Shown: positions 1 to 9,240 of the stretch, one piece after another | How the letters are laid out: each line of letters opens with the position of its first letter | Numbering within the stretch: position 1 is the stretch's first letter | DNA from: Candidatus Xenobia bacterium | Lineage (GTDB): Bacteria; Vulcanimicrobiota; Xenobia; Xenobiales; QWHO01 | NCBI GenBank assembly: GCA_045863235.1 | Contig: BTUM01000012.1 | Span: 60,594 to 124,593, forward strand | Direction: 5' to 3' | DNA: 64,000 nt | Notes under the pieces: model-generated | The model's input: the letters and a program-made list of their open reading frames with translations, nothing else | The model's database searches: none | Told to the model about the DNA's origin: nothing | Made by a program: the position numbers and the translations under genes

Positions 1-524
1 ACGGCTACGGCTGGCGCGAGGTCTACACGGTCGAGACCCTGGAAGAGCTGATGAAGATCTATGACGACTCCATGCAAGACGTCATGATGCTCCAGGAGTT
101 CATCGACTGGGACCACTACGTGCGTGCCTTCGTGGTGGGCAAGCGGCACGTGATGCCCAGTCGCTACGATCCCCACGAGCGGCGCTACATCGTCGACCAC
201 GCCCACCTGAGCCCCGAGTTGGGCAGGCGCATCATCGACGACTGCATCAAGCTCAACGAGGCCCTCGGCTACGACATCAACACGGTCGAGTTCGCCATCA
301 AGGACGGCGTGCCGTATGCCATCGACTTCATGAACCCGGTGCCCGACGCCAAGCCCGAGACGGTCACCCCGCTCTACTTCACCTGGCTGGTCAAGACGGT
401 GGCCGACGTGGCCATCGAGTATGCCCGTCAGGGAGCTCGCACCCCCTACCAGTTCCAGAGTGGGCCAGTCGCTCCCACCTTCATGCCGCCCCGGCTGCGT
501 CTGCCTTCTTACCTGCCGGAGTAG
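1..524 (+). CDS. ATP-grasp domain protein (RimK/glutathione synthetase-like), 5' partial
   Basis: Motifs GYGW..V, LQEFI, L.YDINTVEFAIKDGVPYAIDFMNP are typical of ATP-grasp C-terminal halves; the frame is open from the window start. Confidence 0.75.
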   Translation, partial: GYGWREVYTVETLEELMKIYDDSMQDVMMLQEFIDWDHYVRAFVVGKRHVMPSRYDPHERRYIVDHAHLSPELGRRIIDDCIKLNEALGYDINTVEFAIKDGVPYAIDFMNPVPDAKPETVTPLYFTWLVKTVADVAIEYARQGARTPYQFQSGPVAPTFMPPRLRLPSYLPE

Positions 525-2868
525 GGCTGGGCTTTTTCCAGCGCAAGAAGGCGTAACTGCGGGGCGGAAGGGTCAGCTCGATGCGGCCCTCCTGTATGGT
601 GGCTTTCTGGTCGCCCACCATGTCCTGCAGCTGCGTGCCCTCGGGAATCTGGCTCTGATCGTGCAGCTTGAAGCTCAGCTCGCGCGACTCGCTCTGGTGG
701 TTGTTGAAGACGCACACCACCTCTTCGTCGGCACGCATCCGGCTCAGAGCATAGGTGTGCCGGCTGGCCAGAAGCTCGACCTGGTGTCCGAATTGGAGCG
801 CCTCCGAGGAGCGCCGAGCCCCGGTCAACTCGGCAAAGCGCTTGGTCCACTGCGGGTTCTGGCCCCAGGCCATGTCGTTGCGATTCTCCGGCCCTACCCC
901 GGTCATGCCGACCTCGGTGCCATAGTACACGTGGGGCGTGCCTCGAGCGGCCATCAGGAAGGCGGTGGCCATCTCGAGCTTGCCCAGATCGCCCTGGCAG
1001 TCGGACATGAAGCGGATCATGTCGTGGTTGTCGAGCATGGTGCCAAGCTTGTTGGGATTGTCGTAATAAAGGTCGGCGTCGAAGGCCTTGGAGAGGTGCT
1101 CCATACTCTCCAAGCCCGGGTGGGTCAACAGCCGCAGAGCTTCCTGATTGGCGTGGCTCTTGACTGTCTTGAAGTCCTCCAGGCGCTCCTTGAGAGTGCG
1201 CTCCTCGTCCCCCGAGAAAACGTAGCGGATGCGATAGGCCAGCGGGAAGTCGAACATCGAGTCCATGGTTCGGTTCTGGTAGCCGGCCACGAAGTTGGGG
1301 TCTTGCCAGTAGGCCTCCCCGACCGCGAAGAAATCGGGATTGACGGAACGCATCTCCTGGTCGAAGCGGCGCAGGTACTCCTCGGGAACGTGGCGTACGG
1401 CGTCCATGCGGAAGGCGGAAAGACCCGTCTCCTGGAGCCATTCCTTGTGAGCGGACAAAAGCTCTTCGGCCACTTCGGGATGAGCCTGGTGCAGGTCAGG
1501 CAGCCCGGCCAGCGACCCGTTCTCGGCCTTCCATTGCCCGGGGCCGCCAATCTTGCCGTTTTGATGGAACCAGTCGCGCTTGGAGGGGTCGTTGACCCAC
1601 TCGTGGTCGTAGGCGGTGTGGTTGACCACCACGTCCAGCATCACCTTGATGTTCTTCTCGCGAGCTTTGTCGCACAGCTCCTTGAGCTTGGCCTTGTCTC
1701 CGAAGTTGGGCTCGGCCGCGCGAAAGTCGCGGGGCCAGTAGCCGTGGAAGCCATCCTTGCCGAAGAAGTCTCGCTGGTTCTCATACGGACATGAAACCCA
1801 GAGGCAGTCCACGTTGAGGCTCTGCAGATAGTCGAGCTTGTCGATCAGCCCCTGCCAGTCGCCCCCGTGAAAGCGCTCCGGGTCGCCCGCAACCACGCCC
1901 TGGTCGTTCGTCTTGTCGCCGTTCTGAAAGCGATCGGTGACGGCGTAGTAGACCAGCTTGCCCTCCCAGCGAAAGACCTGGTCGCGCCCTCCCTCCGAGG
2001 AAAGACGGCTGTGGACGCGCGTCTCGCCATCCCTGGCGGTGAGCGCCTCCAGGCGCAGCGGCTGGCCGTCCTGCCAGCCCAGCTCGCGCAGCACCTTCTT
2101 GTCCAGGTCCAGGTTGACGCGGCTGAACACGCTGGAGTGCTCGGCCTTGCCGGCGGTTGGGAGCGCGCCCTCTTGTCCATCGCAAAAGTGGAGGGTGCGA
2201 TTGGTGTCAATCTTGACGGCCAGCTTGTAGCTGCCTTCCCCCTGCCAGCCGAAGGGCAGGGCGCGCTGCCCGGCCGGGGCGCCCCAATCCACCAGCACGG
2301 TGGTGTCCAGGTTGCCGTGCTCGGCTCCGGCCCGCAGGTAGGCCACCTCGGCCTGCACCTGGTAGGGCTGGTCGGCGGCTCCCTCGCGGGCATACAGCCC
2401 GGCCAGCGAGCGGGAGCTGTCGTAGCCGTCGTAAAGGCGTTCCTGCCGACCGGGGCTGCGGGCCGCCAGCAGGTGCTCGCCGCCCAGCGGGGTGGGGCGC
2501 TCCTCGAGCACGGCCTGATCGATCTTGTGCAGCATGGAGTTCCAGCGGCTGGTGAACCTGTTGCTGGCCTCGCGAGAGAGGGCCTTCAGATCGTGGATGG
2601 GCCCGGGCCAGTTGTAGCCGCCATAGCCCCCCACCAGGGCGCCCAGGGCCGCCCCGGCCGTTCCCCCGATGGCGGGGGGAATTCCCAGCGCGGCGGTGGA
2701 CAGCCCCAACGCCGCCCCCACCCCGGCGCCCAGGGCCACTCCGACAGCGCCGCGAGTCCGACGCAGGCTCACCTGATCGGGGCTGGGCTCGGTGTTGGGG
2801 ATCGGGGCTCGAGGCGGGCTCGAGCTCGCCGCCAGAGGCCGGAACGCCATGGTGCTCTGAACCTGCAT
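481..2868 (-). CDS. GH13 alpha-amylase family protein with long N-terminal extension (Gly-rich hydrophobic hairpin)
   Basis: GH13 motifs DRFQNGD, GGDWQG, HGYW, DVVVNH, FRMDAVRH, GEAY, LDNHD, YYGTE. Confidence 0.92.
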   Translation of the reverse strand: MQVQSTMAFRPLAASSSPPRAPIPNTEPSPDQVSLRRTRGAVGVALGAGVGAALGLSTAALGIPPAIGGTAGAALGALVGGYGGYNWPGPIHDLKALSREASNRFTSRWNSMLHKIDQAVLEERPTPLGGEHLLAARSPGRQERLYDGYDSSRSLAGLYAREGAADQPYQVQAEVAYLRAGAEHGNLDTTVLVDWGAPAGQRALPFGWQGEGSYKLAVKIDTNRTLHFCDGQEGALPTAGKAEHSSVFSRVNLDLDKKVLRELGWQDGQPLRLEALTARDGETRVHSRLSSEGGRDQVFRWEGKLVYYAVTDRFQNGDKTNDQGVVAGDPERFHGGDWQGLIDKLDYLQSLNVDCLWVSCPYENQRDFFGKDGFHGYWPRDFRAAEPNFGDKAKLKELCDKAREKNIKVMLDVVVNHTAYDHEWVNDPSKRDWFHQNGKIGGPGQWKAENGSLAGLPDLHQAHPEVAEELLSAHKEWLQETGLSAFRMDAVRHVPEEYLRRFDQEMRSVNPDFFAVGEAYWQDPNFVAGYQNRTMDSMFDFPLAYRIRYVFSGDEERTLKERLEDFKTVKSHANQEALRLLTHPGLESMEHLSKAFDADLYYDNPNKLGTMLDNHDMIRFMSDCQGDLGKLEMATAFLMAARGTPHVYYGTEVGMTGVGPENRNDMAWGQNPQWTKRFAELTGARRSSEALQFGHQVELLASRHTYALSRMRADEEVVCVFNNHQSESRELSFKLHDQSQIPEGTQLQDMVGDQKATIQEGRIELTLPPRSYAFLRWKKPSPTPAGKKADAAGAA

Positions 2869-2932
2869 CGTCCGGAACTTTATGCTGTCCCCCTGAAAAG
2901 GCTCTGAAAGCCGGTCAGTCGAACAGGCCGGC

Positions 2933-4117
2933 GTGGACTACCGCAAGCGCAGCCGCAGCCTGCACCTGGCCCTGGTGCTACGCCAGAACAGCACCATCAT
3001 CTCGCTCCTGGTGGCCTGGTTCGCGGTCAACTTCGTGATCTTGCTGCTGCTCGGGCACACCTTTGCCGACACCGTGATGATCCTGACCTTCTTCAAGGAC
3101 GACAGCACGGCCTGGGGTACGTGGTACCAGAACATGTCCGATTTCGTGGTGTTCGGCCTGGTGGTGGGGGTGGTCATGGTGGACGTGCAGCGCCGCTACC
3201 GCCCCGAGGTGACCTGCCGCATCCTGGCCGGCGAGCTCACCAACCACGCGGTGATCATCAGCTTCTCGCACCTGGGCCAGCGGGTGCTCGAGTTTCTCGA
3301 CCAGCATCATGTGCCGGCCGTGGTGATCGAGCCCGACCGGGCCCTGGTCGAGGACCTGATCCGCCAGGAGCGGCCGCTGGTGCTGGGCAACGGCCGCCAG
3401 CGCACCGACCTGGAAGCGGCCAACCTCAGGCGAGCCAGGCTCGTGGTACTCTCCGCCGACGACCTGGAGACCAACTCGGTGGTGGCCAGCCTGGTCCGCC
3501 AGTTGAACTCCGATTGCAGCCTGGTGGTGCGCGTCTACGAAGACGAGATCGGGGAGGTGCTGGCCAAGCGCTATCAGGCCAGCGTCGTCTCCACCTCCCG
3601 CATGGCCGCCGAGTTCATCAAGGATTATGCCAAGCGACACAACGCCAGATTCTGCGTCATCGTGGGGGGCGGCCAGGTGGGCCGCCGCCTGATCAAGGTG
3701 ATGGAAGATCTGCACTGCGAGTACCGCCTGATCGAGTCGGACCGAGCGGTCGTGGAAGACCTGATGGACGATCACCCTGTCCTGATCGGCAAGCCGGCCG
3801 ACCCCGAGCTGCTCACCCAGGCCGAGGTGCCGCGCGCCGACCTGGTCGTGCTGACCGACGACAACCTCTCTCACAGCCTGCCGGTGATCGACCACGTGCG
3901 CGACATGAACACCGGCTGTCGCATCGTCTGCCGCGTCTTTCACGACGACGCAGCCGACATGATCACGCGCGAGCCGTTTTTGTGCGACGTCATCTCCACC
4001 TCTCGCTACGCAGTGGAGAGCCTGGCCCGCAAGGGAGTGTTCAAGAAGATCGGCCTGGATGCCGGGGCCGCAACCTCCGCCAACGCGGTGCGTGCGAGCC
4101 GGGGAAAGGAGTCTTAG
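2933..4117 (+). CDS. TrkA/RCK-domain potassium-channel-like protein (two TM segments, two RCK_N domains)
   Basis: Two hydrophobic helices, then HAVII..LG..V and IVGGGQVG Rossmann motifs, each followed by L..A.+..A.LVVL..D. Confidence 0.8.
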   Translation: MDYRKRSRSLHLALVLRQNSTIISLLVAWFAVNFVILLLLGHTFADTVMILTFFKDDSTAWGTWYQNMSDFVVFGLVVGVVMVDVQRRYRPEVTCRILAGELTNHAVIISFSHLGQRVLEFLDQHHVPAVVIEPDRALVEDLIRQERPLVLGNGRQRTDLEAANLRRARLVVLSADDLETNSVVASLVRQLNSDCSLVVRVYEDEIGEVLAKRYQASVVSTSRMAAEFIKDYAKRHNARFCVIVGGGQVGRRLIKVMEDLHCEYRLIESDRAVVEDLMDDHPVLIGKPADPELLTQAEVPRADLVVLTDDNLSHSLPVIDHVRDMNTGCRIVCRVFHDDAADMITREPFLCDVISTSRYAVESLARKGVFKKIGLDAGAATSANAVRASRGKES

Positions 4118-4120
4118 TAA

Positions 4121-4591
4121 ATGCGTAAGGTCATGGTCTGGGGTCTGGTATTACTCGCTCTGGCGGGAGCGGCCACGGCCGCCACCTGGAAGTCGTTCAC
4201 CGCACCGGATAAGAGGTTCTCCATCGACTTTCCGGGCGATCCGACCCAGATGAAGGAGCAACAGGGCATTCAGGGGTGGGCCATCTTCGCGGATATGAAG
4301 GCCTACACGGTGACCATCTCCACCGAGTCGGGCATCAAAGACCTCGACGCCGGCGCCCAGGACAAGGCACTGCTCGAGTTCGCGGCCAATTTCTTCCAGG
4401 GCGCCGAGGTGACCACCACCAACCAGAAGTCCATCTCGGGTGGCTACGAGTTTACCGGCACCATCACCGAGGACAAGGACCGCGTCAATGCCCAGGTGCT
4501 CAAGGACGCCCCCAACGATCGGGTCTACATCCTGATGACCTTTGGCGAGGCCGAGAGCCAGCGCTTCTTCGACAGCTTCAAGAAGCTCTGA
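4121..4591 (+). CDS. Secreted hypothetical protein
   Basis: Signal peptide MRKVMVWGLVLLALAGAATA; F..PD.RFSIDFPG.P start and RFFDSFK end resemble a common exported alpha/beta family. Confidence 0.75.
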   Translation: MRKVMVWGLVLLALAGAATAATWKSFTAPDKRFSIDFPGDPTQMKEQQGIQGWAIFADMKAYTVTISTESGIKDLDAGAQDKALLEFAANFFQGAEVTTTNQKSISGGYEFTGTITEDKDRVNAQVLKDAPNDRVYILMTFGEAESQRFFDSFKKL

Positions 4592-4598
4592 ATCTTGC

Positions 4599-4803
4599 AG
4601 AAGTCGGGCCCTTCATCTCGGTGCCGCTCAGAACAAGTTCTTGGCGGCACGTAATGGGCCCGACTTCTCGCACAAGAGTTGAGCGTCGCTGCTGCGCTCG
4701 GCCTCAAGTGCAAGGTCTTTGGTCTTGCACTTTACGACGCGCTGGAACGCAGTTTCGGCGCGTTCGTCAGATTGTGCGAATGTGCAAAACCAGAGTGCGA
4801 GCA
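4599..4803. repeat. Palindrome-rich intergenic element (REP/MITE-like)
   Basis: Long stem AGAAGTCGGGCCC...GGGCCCGACTTCT enclosing GTGCCGC/GCGGCAC; inverted repeat AAGTGCAAG..CTTGCACTT at 4706-4732; the 22-mer at 4782-4803 recurs at 14038-14059. Confidence 0.55.
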
Positions 4804-4805
4804 CA

Positions 4806-6029
4806 TCAGACCAGGGCGGGCACCAGGGCCACGTCGCTGCCCACCGACTTCTTGCGAGCCGGGTCGAAGAATGGCTTGGGGACGACTCTGGCGCTGACGT
4901 GGCGCCGGTCGGTGTCGATCAGGGCCTCCATCTTCATCACCGTGCCCAGCTTGGCGTAGCGGCTCTGCACGGTGGCCAGGGCGATGTAGCGCTTGAGCAG
5001 GGGCGACCAGACGCCGCTGGTGGCATAGCCCACCTGGCGGTGCGTCAGACTGTCGAAAAGCGGCACCACGCCGCGCCAGGTGGTGCAGGGCAGGTCCAGG
5101 GGCAGGCCGCGCGCGTCAAAGAGCTTCTCCAGCTCTTCCAGGGAGACATCCAGGCCCACCAGGCTCCAGGCCGAGCCCTGACGCTTCTCCTTCTCCAGGG
5201 CCGCCTTGCCGATGAAGGGCCCTTTGTCCATGTGCACCGTCCAGCCCAGCCCGATCTCATAGGGAGTGGACATCTGATCGTCGGTCACACAGTAGGTGCA
5301 GCTCCTGAAGTCGACGTCCACCATGATGAAGCCGGCCTCGACGCGCACCATGTCCAGCGCCAGGATGCCGGCGGGCAGGATGTTGTAATCCTTGCCGGCA
5401 GCCCACACGGCGTCATAAAGCTTGTTGGCGTGCTCGGCCTCCACCCACAGCTCGTAGCCCAGGTCACCGGTATAGCCGGTACGCGAGATGACCACGTCCA
5501 AGCCATCCACCTTCGCCTGGATCTGGTGGAAGTAGCGCAACTTGTCCACGTCGGCAAGCTGCGAGAGGATGGCCCGCGAGCGCGGACCTTGCAGGGCCAG
5601 TGCACCCGTCTGCACGGTGATGTCCTGCACCTCGACGTCCAGGCGCTGAGCGTTCTGCAGCAGCCAGTAGTAGCTCGGATGAGCCGAGAACAGCCGGAAG
5701 CGCTCGGGCGAGAATCGAGCCACGGTGCCATCGTCGAGCACTTTGCCGCGCTCGTCGGTCCAGCAGCTGTAGGCCACCTGGTTGTCTTTCATGCGGCCCA
5801 CGTCGCGGCACAGCACGCGATTCATCAGCTTGAGAGCGTCCTTGCCCCGGATCTCGTACTTGAAGAGAGGCGAGACATCGAGCAGTCCGGCCGATTCGCG
5901 GAAAGCGTAGTACTCCTGATCGTGGTTGAACTGGTAGCGCTCGACGGCGTAGTAGCCAGCCCACTCCTTCCACTTCAGGCTGGTGCAAAGAGCCGAGGTC
6001 CGGTCATGAAAGGGGCTTTTTATGGCCAT
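4806..6029 (-). CDS. Aminomethyltransferase (GcvT-family folate-binding protein)
   Basis: RESAGLLDVS, GKVLDDG, LALQGPRSR, ISRTGYTGDLGYEL, RVEAG, KGPFIGK, SPLLK..IALA, PFFDP; start placed at MAIKSPF. Confidence 0.9.
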   Translation of the reverse strand: MAIKSPFHDRTSALCTSLKWKEWAGYYAVERYQFNHDQEYYAFRESAGLLDVSPLFKYEIRGKDALKLMNRVLCRDVGRMKDNQVAYSCWTDERGKVLDDGTVARFSPERFRLFSAHPSYYWLLQNAQRLDVEVQDITVQTGALALQGPRSRAILSQLADVDKLRYFHQIQAKVDGLDVVISRTGYTGDLGYELWVEAEHANKLYDAVWAAGKDYNILPAGILALDMVRVEAGFIMVDVDFRSCTYCVTDDQMSTPYEIGLGWTVHMDKGPFIGKAALEKEKRQGSAWSLVGLDVSLEELEKLFDARGLPLDLPCTTWRGVVPLFDSLTHRQVGYATSGVWSPLLKRYIALATVQSRYAKLGTVMKMEALIDTDRRHVSARVVPKPFFDPARKKSVGSDVALVPALV

Positions 6030-7629
6030 TGTTGCGCGCCTGCTTTCCTTTCTCTTTCTTGGGTTTCTTGACCAGCGAGGCGACCAGGGCACCCACCCCC
6101 ATCAGGGCCACCCCGGTGCCCACGGCCAGGCCCGCCCCCACGGGAGTGGAGACGGCCGATTTGGCCCGGTCGAGATTGCTGGCCATGATCTCGCGGGCCG
6201 CATTGGCCCCGGCCGCCCCCGTGCCCACCCCGCCGGGATGACAACCCGAGCCGCACAAAAAGAGCCGCTCGACCGGCGAGGAGTAGTCGGCGTAGCCTGG
6301 CAGCGGGCGGCAGAAGTGCAACTGGTGCAGGTTGTGCTCGCCCTGGTGCAGGTGCCCGCCGCTGAGGCCATACTCGGCCTGGAAGTCTGAGGGAGTCTTG
6401 ACGACCACCTCTTGCAGGCACTCTCTAAGGTCCGGCAGGTAGGCCTCGAGTGAGCTCAGCACGCGCTCCTTGACATCCTCGCTGCAGCCGAAGGGCACGA
6501 ACTTGACCCGCAAGTCGAGCTGGCCTGGCTCGCTGAAGCGTCCCTCCAGCACCGGGCGCCCCGACAGCTTGCCGTACTTCACGTCGTCATAGGCGCGCTC
6601 GAGGGCCTCGATATCGGGCCCGAAATGGATGCGGCCTTTGAGGTAGGGGGCCGGGTCCTGCTCGCCCAGACAGGCAAAGCGCGGGGCACGGCTCAACTTC
6701 AGCCGCACCAGGGCGGTGGACCCGCGCATCTTCAGGTTGGCGACGTTGCGCACGAACTCGGGGCCGAGCTCGAGCGGAGGAACCAGCTCGAGGAACGTGC
6801 GCTTGGGATCGAGCGCCGAGACCACTCGCGTGGCCCGCACCACGGTGCCGTCCTTGAGCCGCACTCCCGTGCAGCGGCCCACCTCCACCAGGATGGACTC
6901 AAGCTCTTGCCCGAAGCGGATCTCCACCCCGCGCCGGGTGCCGGCCGCCACCAGGTCTTCCACCACCGAGCCAACGGCCACGCGCGGTCCGGCCAGCTGG
7001 TGGTAGAGCAGGGTGGCCGCCGTGCCGGGCGAGCGCGGGCCTGCAAAACGGCCTTCAAATGCCTGCATGGCCAGCGCACCAAGAATGGCCGGATGCTCGA
7101 ACCACTCTTCCAGGAAGTCCTGTACCGCCATCGGCCCCAGGCGCATCAGGCCCAGCGCGTCGGCCTGGCTCAGGTTCTTGAAGCGCAGGCCGATGTTGGC
7201 CGCGTCCACCAGCGAGGCCCAGTGCTCGGCGTCCGGGCCCACCGGAGTCTGGTCGAGCAGCGGCTCGGCGAAAGCGATCATTCGGTCCATGAAGCCCTTA
7301 TAGCCAGCGTAGCGCTGGGCGTCGGACTGGCTCAGCCGGGCCAGCTCCTGGCGGGTCTTCTCCACGTCTTGCCAGAGGGTAAAGTGGTTGCCATCGCTCA
7401 GCGGGCAGAAGGCCACCGGGTCGAGCGGCGCCTCATCGAGCAAGCCCAGCTCGCGGCGCATGCGCGGGCGCAGCGGGGTGCGCCAGGGCAACCCGCCCTC
7501 GCGGGCGAACACGCCGCCTGCGCTGTCGCGCCTCTCGAGGATGACGACCTTCTGGCCCTGATTGGCCAGGCTGGCCGCGCAGGCCAGCGCGTTGGGGTCG
7601 GACCCCAGAATGAGGGTATCGATGTCCAT
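6004..7629 (-). CDS. Phytoene-dehydrogenase-like (CrtI/PYROXD2-like) oxidoreductase with degenerate FAD motif and C-terminal membrane anchor
   Basis: Paralog of the upstream gene (GPRSPGTA, ERAYDD.KYG, LCGSGCHPGG); GSDPNAL replaces GGGHNGL; hydrophobic then Lys-rich C-terminus. Confidence 0.85.
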   Translation of the reverse strand: MDIDTLILGSDPNALACAASLANQGQKVVILERRDSAGGVFAREGGLPWRTPLRPRMRRELGLLDEAPLDPVAFCPLSDGNHFTLWQDVEKTRQELARLSQSDAQRYAGYKGFMDRMIAFAEPLLDQTPVGPDAEHWASLVDAANIGLRFKNLSQADALGLMRLGPMAVQDFLEEWFEHPAILGALAMQAFEGRFAGPRSPGTAATLLYHQLAGPRVAVGSVVEDLVAAGTRRGVEIRFGQELESILVEVGRCTGVRLKDGTVVRATRVVSALDPKRTFLELVPPLELGPEFVRNVANLKMRGSTALVRLKLSRAPRFACLGEQDPAPYLKGRIHFGPDIEALERAYDDVKYGKLSGRPVLEGRFSEPGQLDLRVKFVPFGCSEDVKERVLSSLEAYLPDLRECLQEVVVKTPSDFQAEYGLSGGHLHQGEHNLHQLHFCRPLPGYADYSSPVERLFLCGSGCHPGGVGTGAAGANAAREIMASNLDRAKSAVSTPVGAGLAVGTGVALMGVGALVASLVKKPKKEKGKQARNNGHKKPLS

Positions 7630-7638
7630 GCTGGCCTC

Positions 7639-9240
7639 CTACCGATGCGCCGGGCGCTTCTGCTTGAGATCTTTGAGCACTTCGCGGGCCCCGATCTGGC
7701 CCGGCGCTCCCATGATGCCGCCCCCGGGATGCACTCCCGAGCCGCACTGATAAAGACCCTGCAGGGGGGTGCGGTAGCGCGCCCAGGCGGCGATGGGACG
7801 CAGGAAGAACATCTGCTCGAGCGAGAGCTCGCCGTGAAAGATGTTACCTTCGGTGATCCCGAACTCGCGCTCCATGTCCAGGGGAGTGAGCACCTGGCGG
7901 AACAGGATCGACTCTTTGAGGCCCGGGATGTACTCGGCCAGCGTATCCACCACCGCATCGCCAAAGCTCTCGCGCTCGTCGTCCCAGTTCTTGCCTTTGA
8001 GCTGATAAGGAGCGTACTGCACGAAACACGAGATGACGTGCTTTCCGGGCGGCGCCATGGAGGGGTCGGAGACGGTGGGCACCACCACGTTGATGAAGGG
8101 ACGCTGGCTAAAATTGCCATACTTGGCGTCGTCGTAGGCCCGCTCGAGGTACTCCACCGAGGGAGCGATGGAGATGTCCCCCTTGAGGTGCTTGCCCATG
8201 CCGGGCAGGCACTTGAACTCGGGCAGCCGGTCGACGGCCATGTTCACCTTGCCCGAGGAGCCGCGGAACTTGTAGTGCTTCAGGCTGTCGAGCAAGCGCG
8301 GGTCGAGCTGGCCCTCGGGTACCAGCTTCTTGAAGGTGACAAACGGGTCGGCACTGCTGAGCACCGCCCTTGCCCCGATCTCCTCGCCGTTCTCGAGCAC
8401 CACGCCCTGGACCTGATCGCCCTTGAGCAGCAAGTGCTTGACCCCCGCCTCGGTGCGAATCTCGGCGCCGAAGGCCTGAGCCGCCCGGGCGATGGAGAGC
8501 GAGATCCCGCCCGTGCCTCCCACCGGGAGGCCCCAGGCGCGAAAAACACCGTCGATCTCGCCCATGTAGTGGTGCAAGAGCACGTAGGCCGTGCCCGGCG
8601 AGCGCACGCCCAGAAAAGTGCCGATGATGCCGCTGACGGACATGGAAGCGATCAGCTCGGGGCTCTCGAACCAGTCTTCCAGATAGTCGACAGCGCTCAT
8701 GGTGAAGAGCTTGATCACGTCGTAACGAAGCTCGGGGTCCATGGTGCGGAAAGCCTTGCCCAGTTCGAGCAACTTGAGGAGCTCGTTGGGGTTCCAGCTG
8801 TCCATGTCGGGGGGCACCATGGAGAGGATGGGCTTCACGAAGCGGCAGATGCGGGTCATCTGGCGGGCAAAACGGGGCAGAACCTCGGCGTCACGGCGCG
8901 AGAACTGGGCCACATTGCGGTAGCTCTCCATGGAGTCGTCGGTGCGCAAGATGTAGCGCTTGCCGTCCGGCTGGGGACAGAAGGTGGAGGGCAGGGGCAA
9001 GATCTCCAGGCCGTGGCGGGGCAGCTCGAGGTCGCGGATGATCTCGGGCCTGAGCAGGCTCACCACATAGGAGCAGACCGAGAACTTGAAGCCCGGATAG
9101 ATCTCTTCCGTCACCGAGCAGCCGCCGAGCACGTAGCGCTTCTCGCAGACCAGCACCTTCAGCCCGGCTTTGGCCAGGTAGCCGGCAGCCACCAGTCCGT
9201 TGTGGCCGCCTCCGACAATGATGGCATCATAGGTTTTCAT
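7639..9240 (-). CDS. Phytoene-dehydrogenase-like FAD-dependent oxidoreductase (PYROXD2-like)
   Basis: YDAIIVGGGHNGLVAAGYLAKAG.KV.V.E, LGG, TP.D.E..FG...GNIFHG, LYQCGSG.HPGGGI.GAPG; RBS GGAGG before the ATG at 9240. Confidence 0.92.
   Translation of the reverse strand: MKTYDAIIVGGGHNGLVAAGYLAKAGLKVLVCEKRYVLGGCSVTEEIYPGFKFSVCSYVVSLLRPEIIRDLELPRHGLEILPLPSTFCPQPDGKRYILRTDDSMESYRNVAQFSRRDAEVLPRFARQMTRICRFVKPILSMVPPDMDSWNPNELLKLLELGKAFRTMDPELRYDVIKLFTMSAVDYLEDWFESPELIASMSVSGIIGTFLGVRSPGTAYVLLHHYMGEIDGVFRAWGLPVGGTGGISLSIARAAQAFGAEIRTEAGVKHLLLKGDQVQGVVLENGEEIGARAVLSSADPFVTFKKLVPEGQLDPRLLDSLKHYKFRGSSGKVNMAVDRLPEFKCLPGMGKHLKGDISIAPSVEYLERAYDDAKYGNFSQRPFINVVVPTVSDPSMAPPGKHVISCFVQYAPYQLKGKNWDDERESFGDAVVDTLAEYIPGLKESILFRQVLTPLDMEREFGITEGNIFHGELSLEQMFFLRPIAAWARYRTPLQGLYQCGSGVHPGGGIMGAPGQIGAREVLKDLKQKRPAHR

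Noticed and set aside
481..524. 3' overlaps between convergent genes (also 26777-26786, 32506-32531, 45166-45181)
   Set aside because: Short tail overlaps are common in compact GC-rich genomes; no sign of a special function
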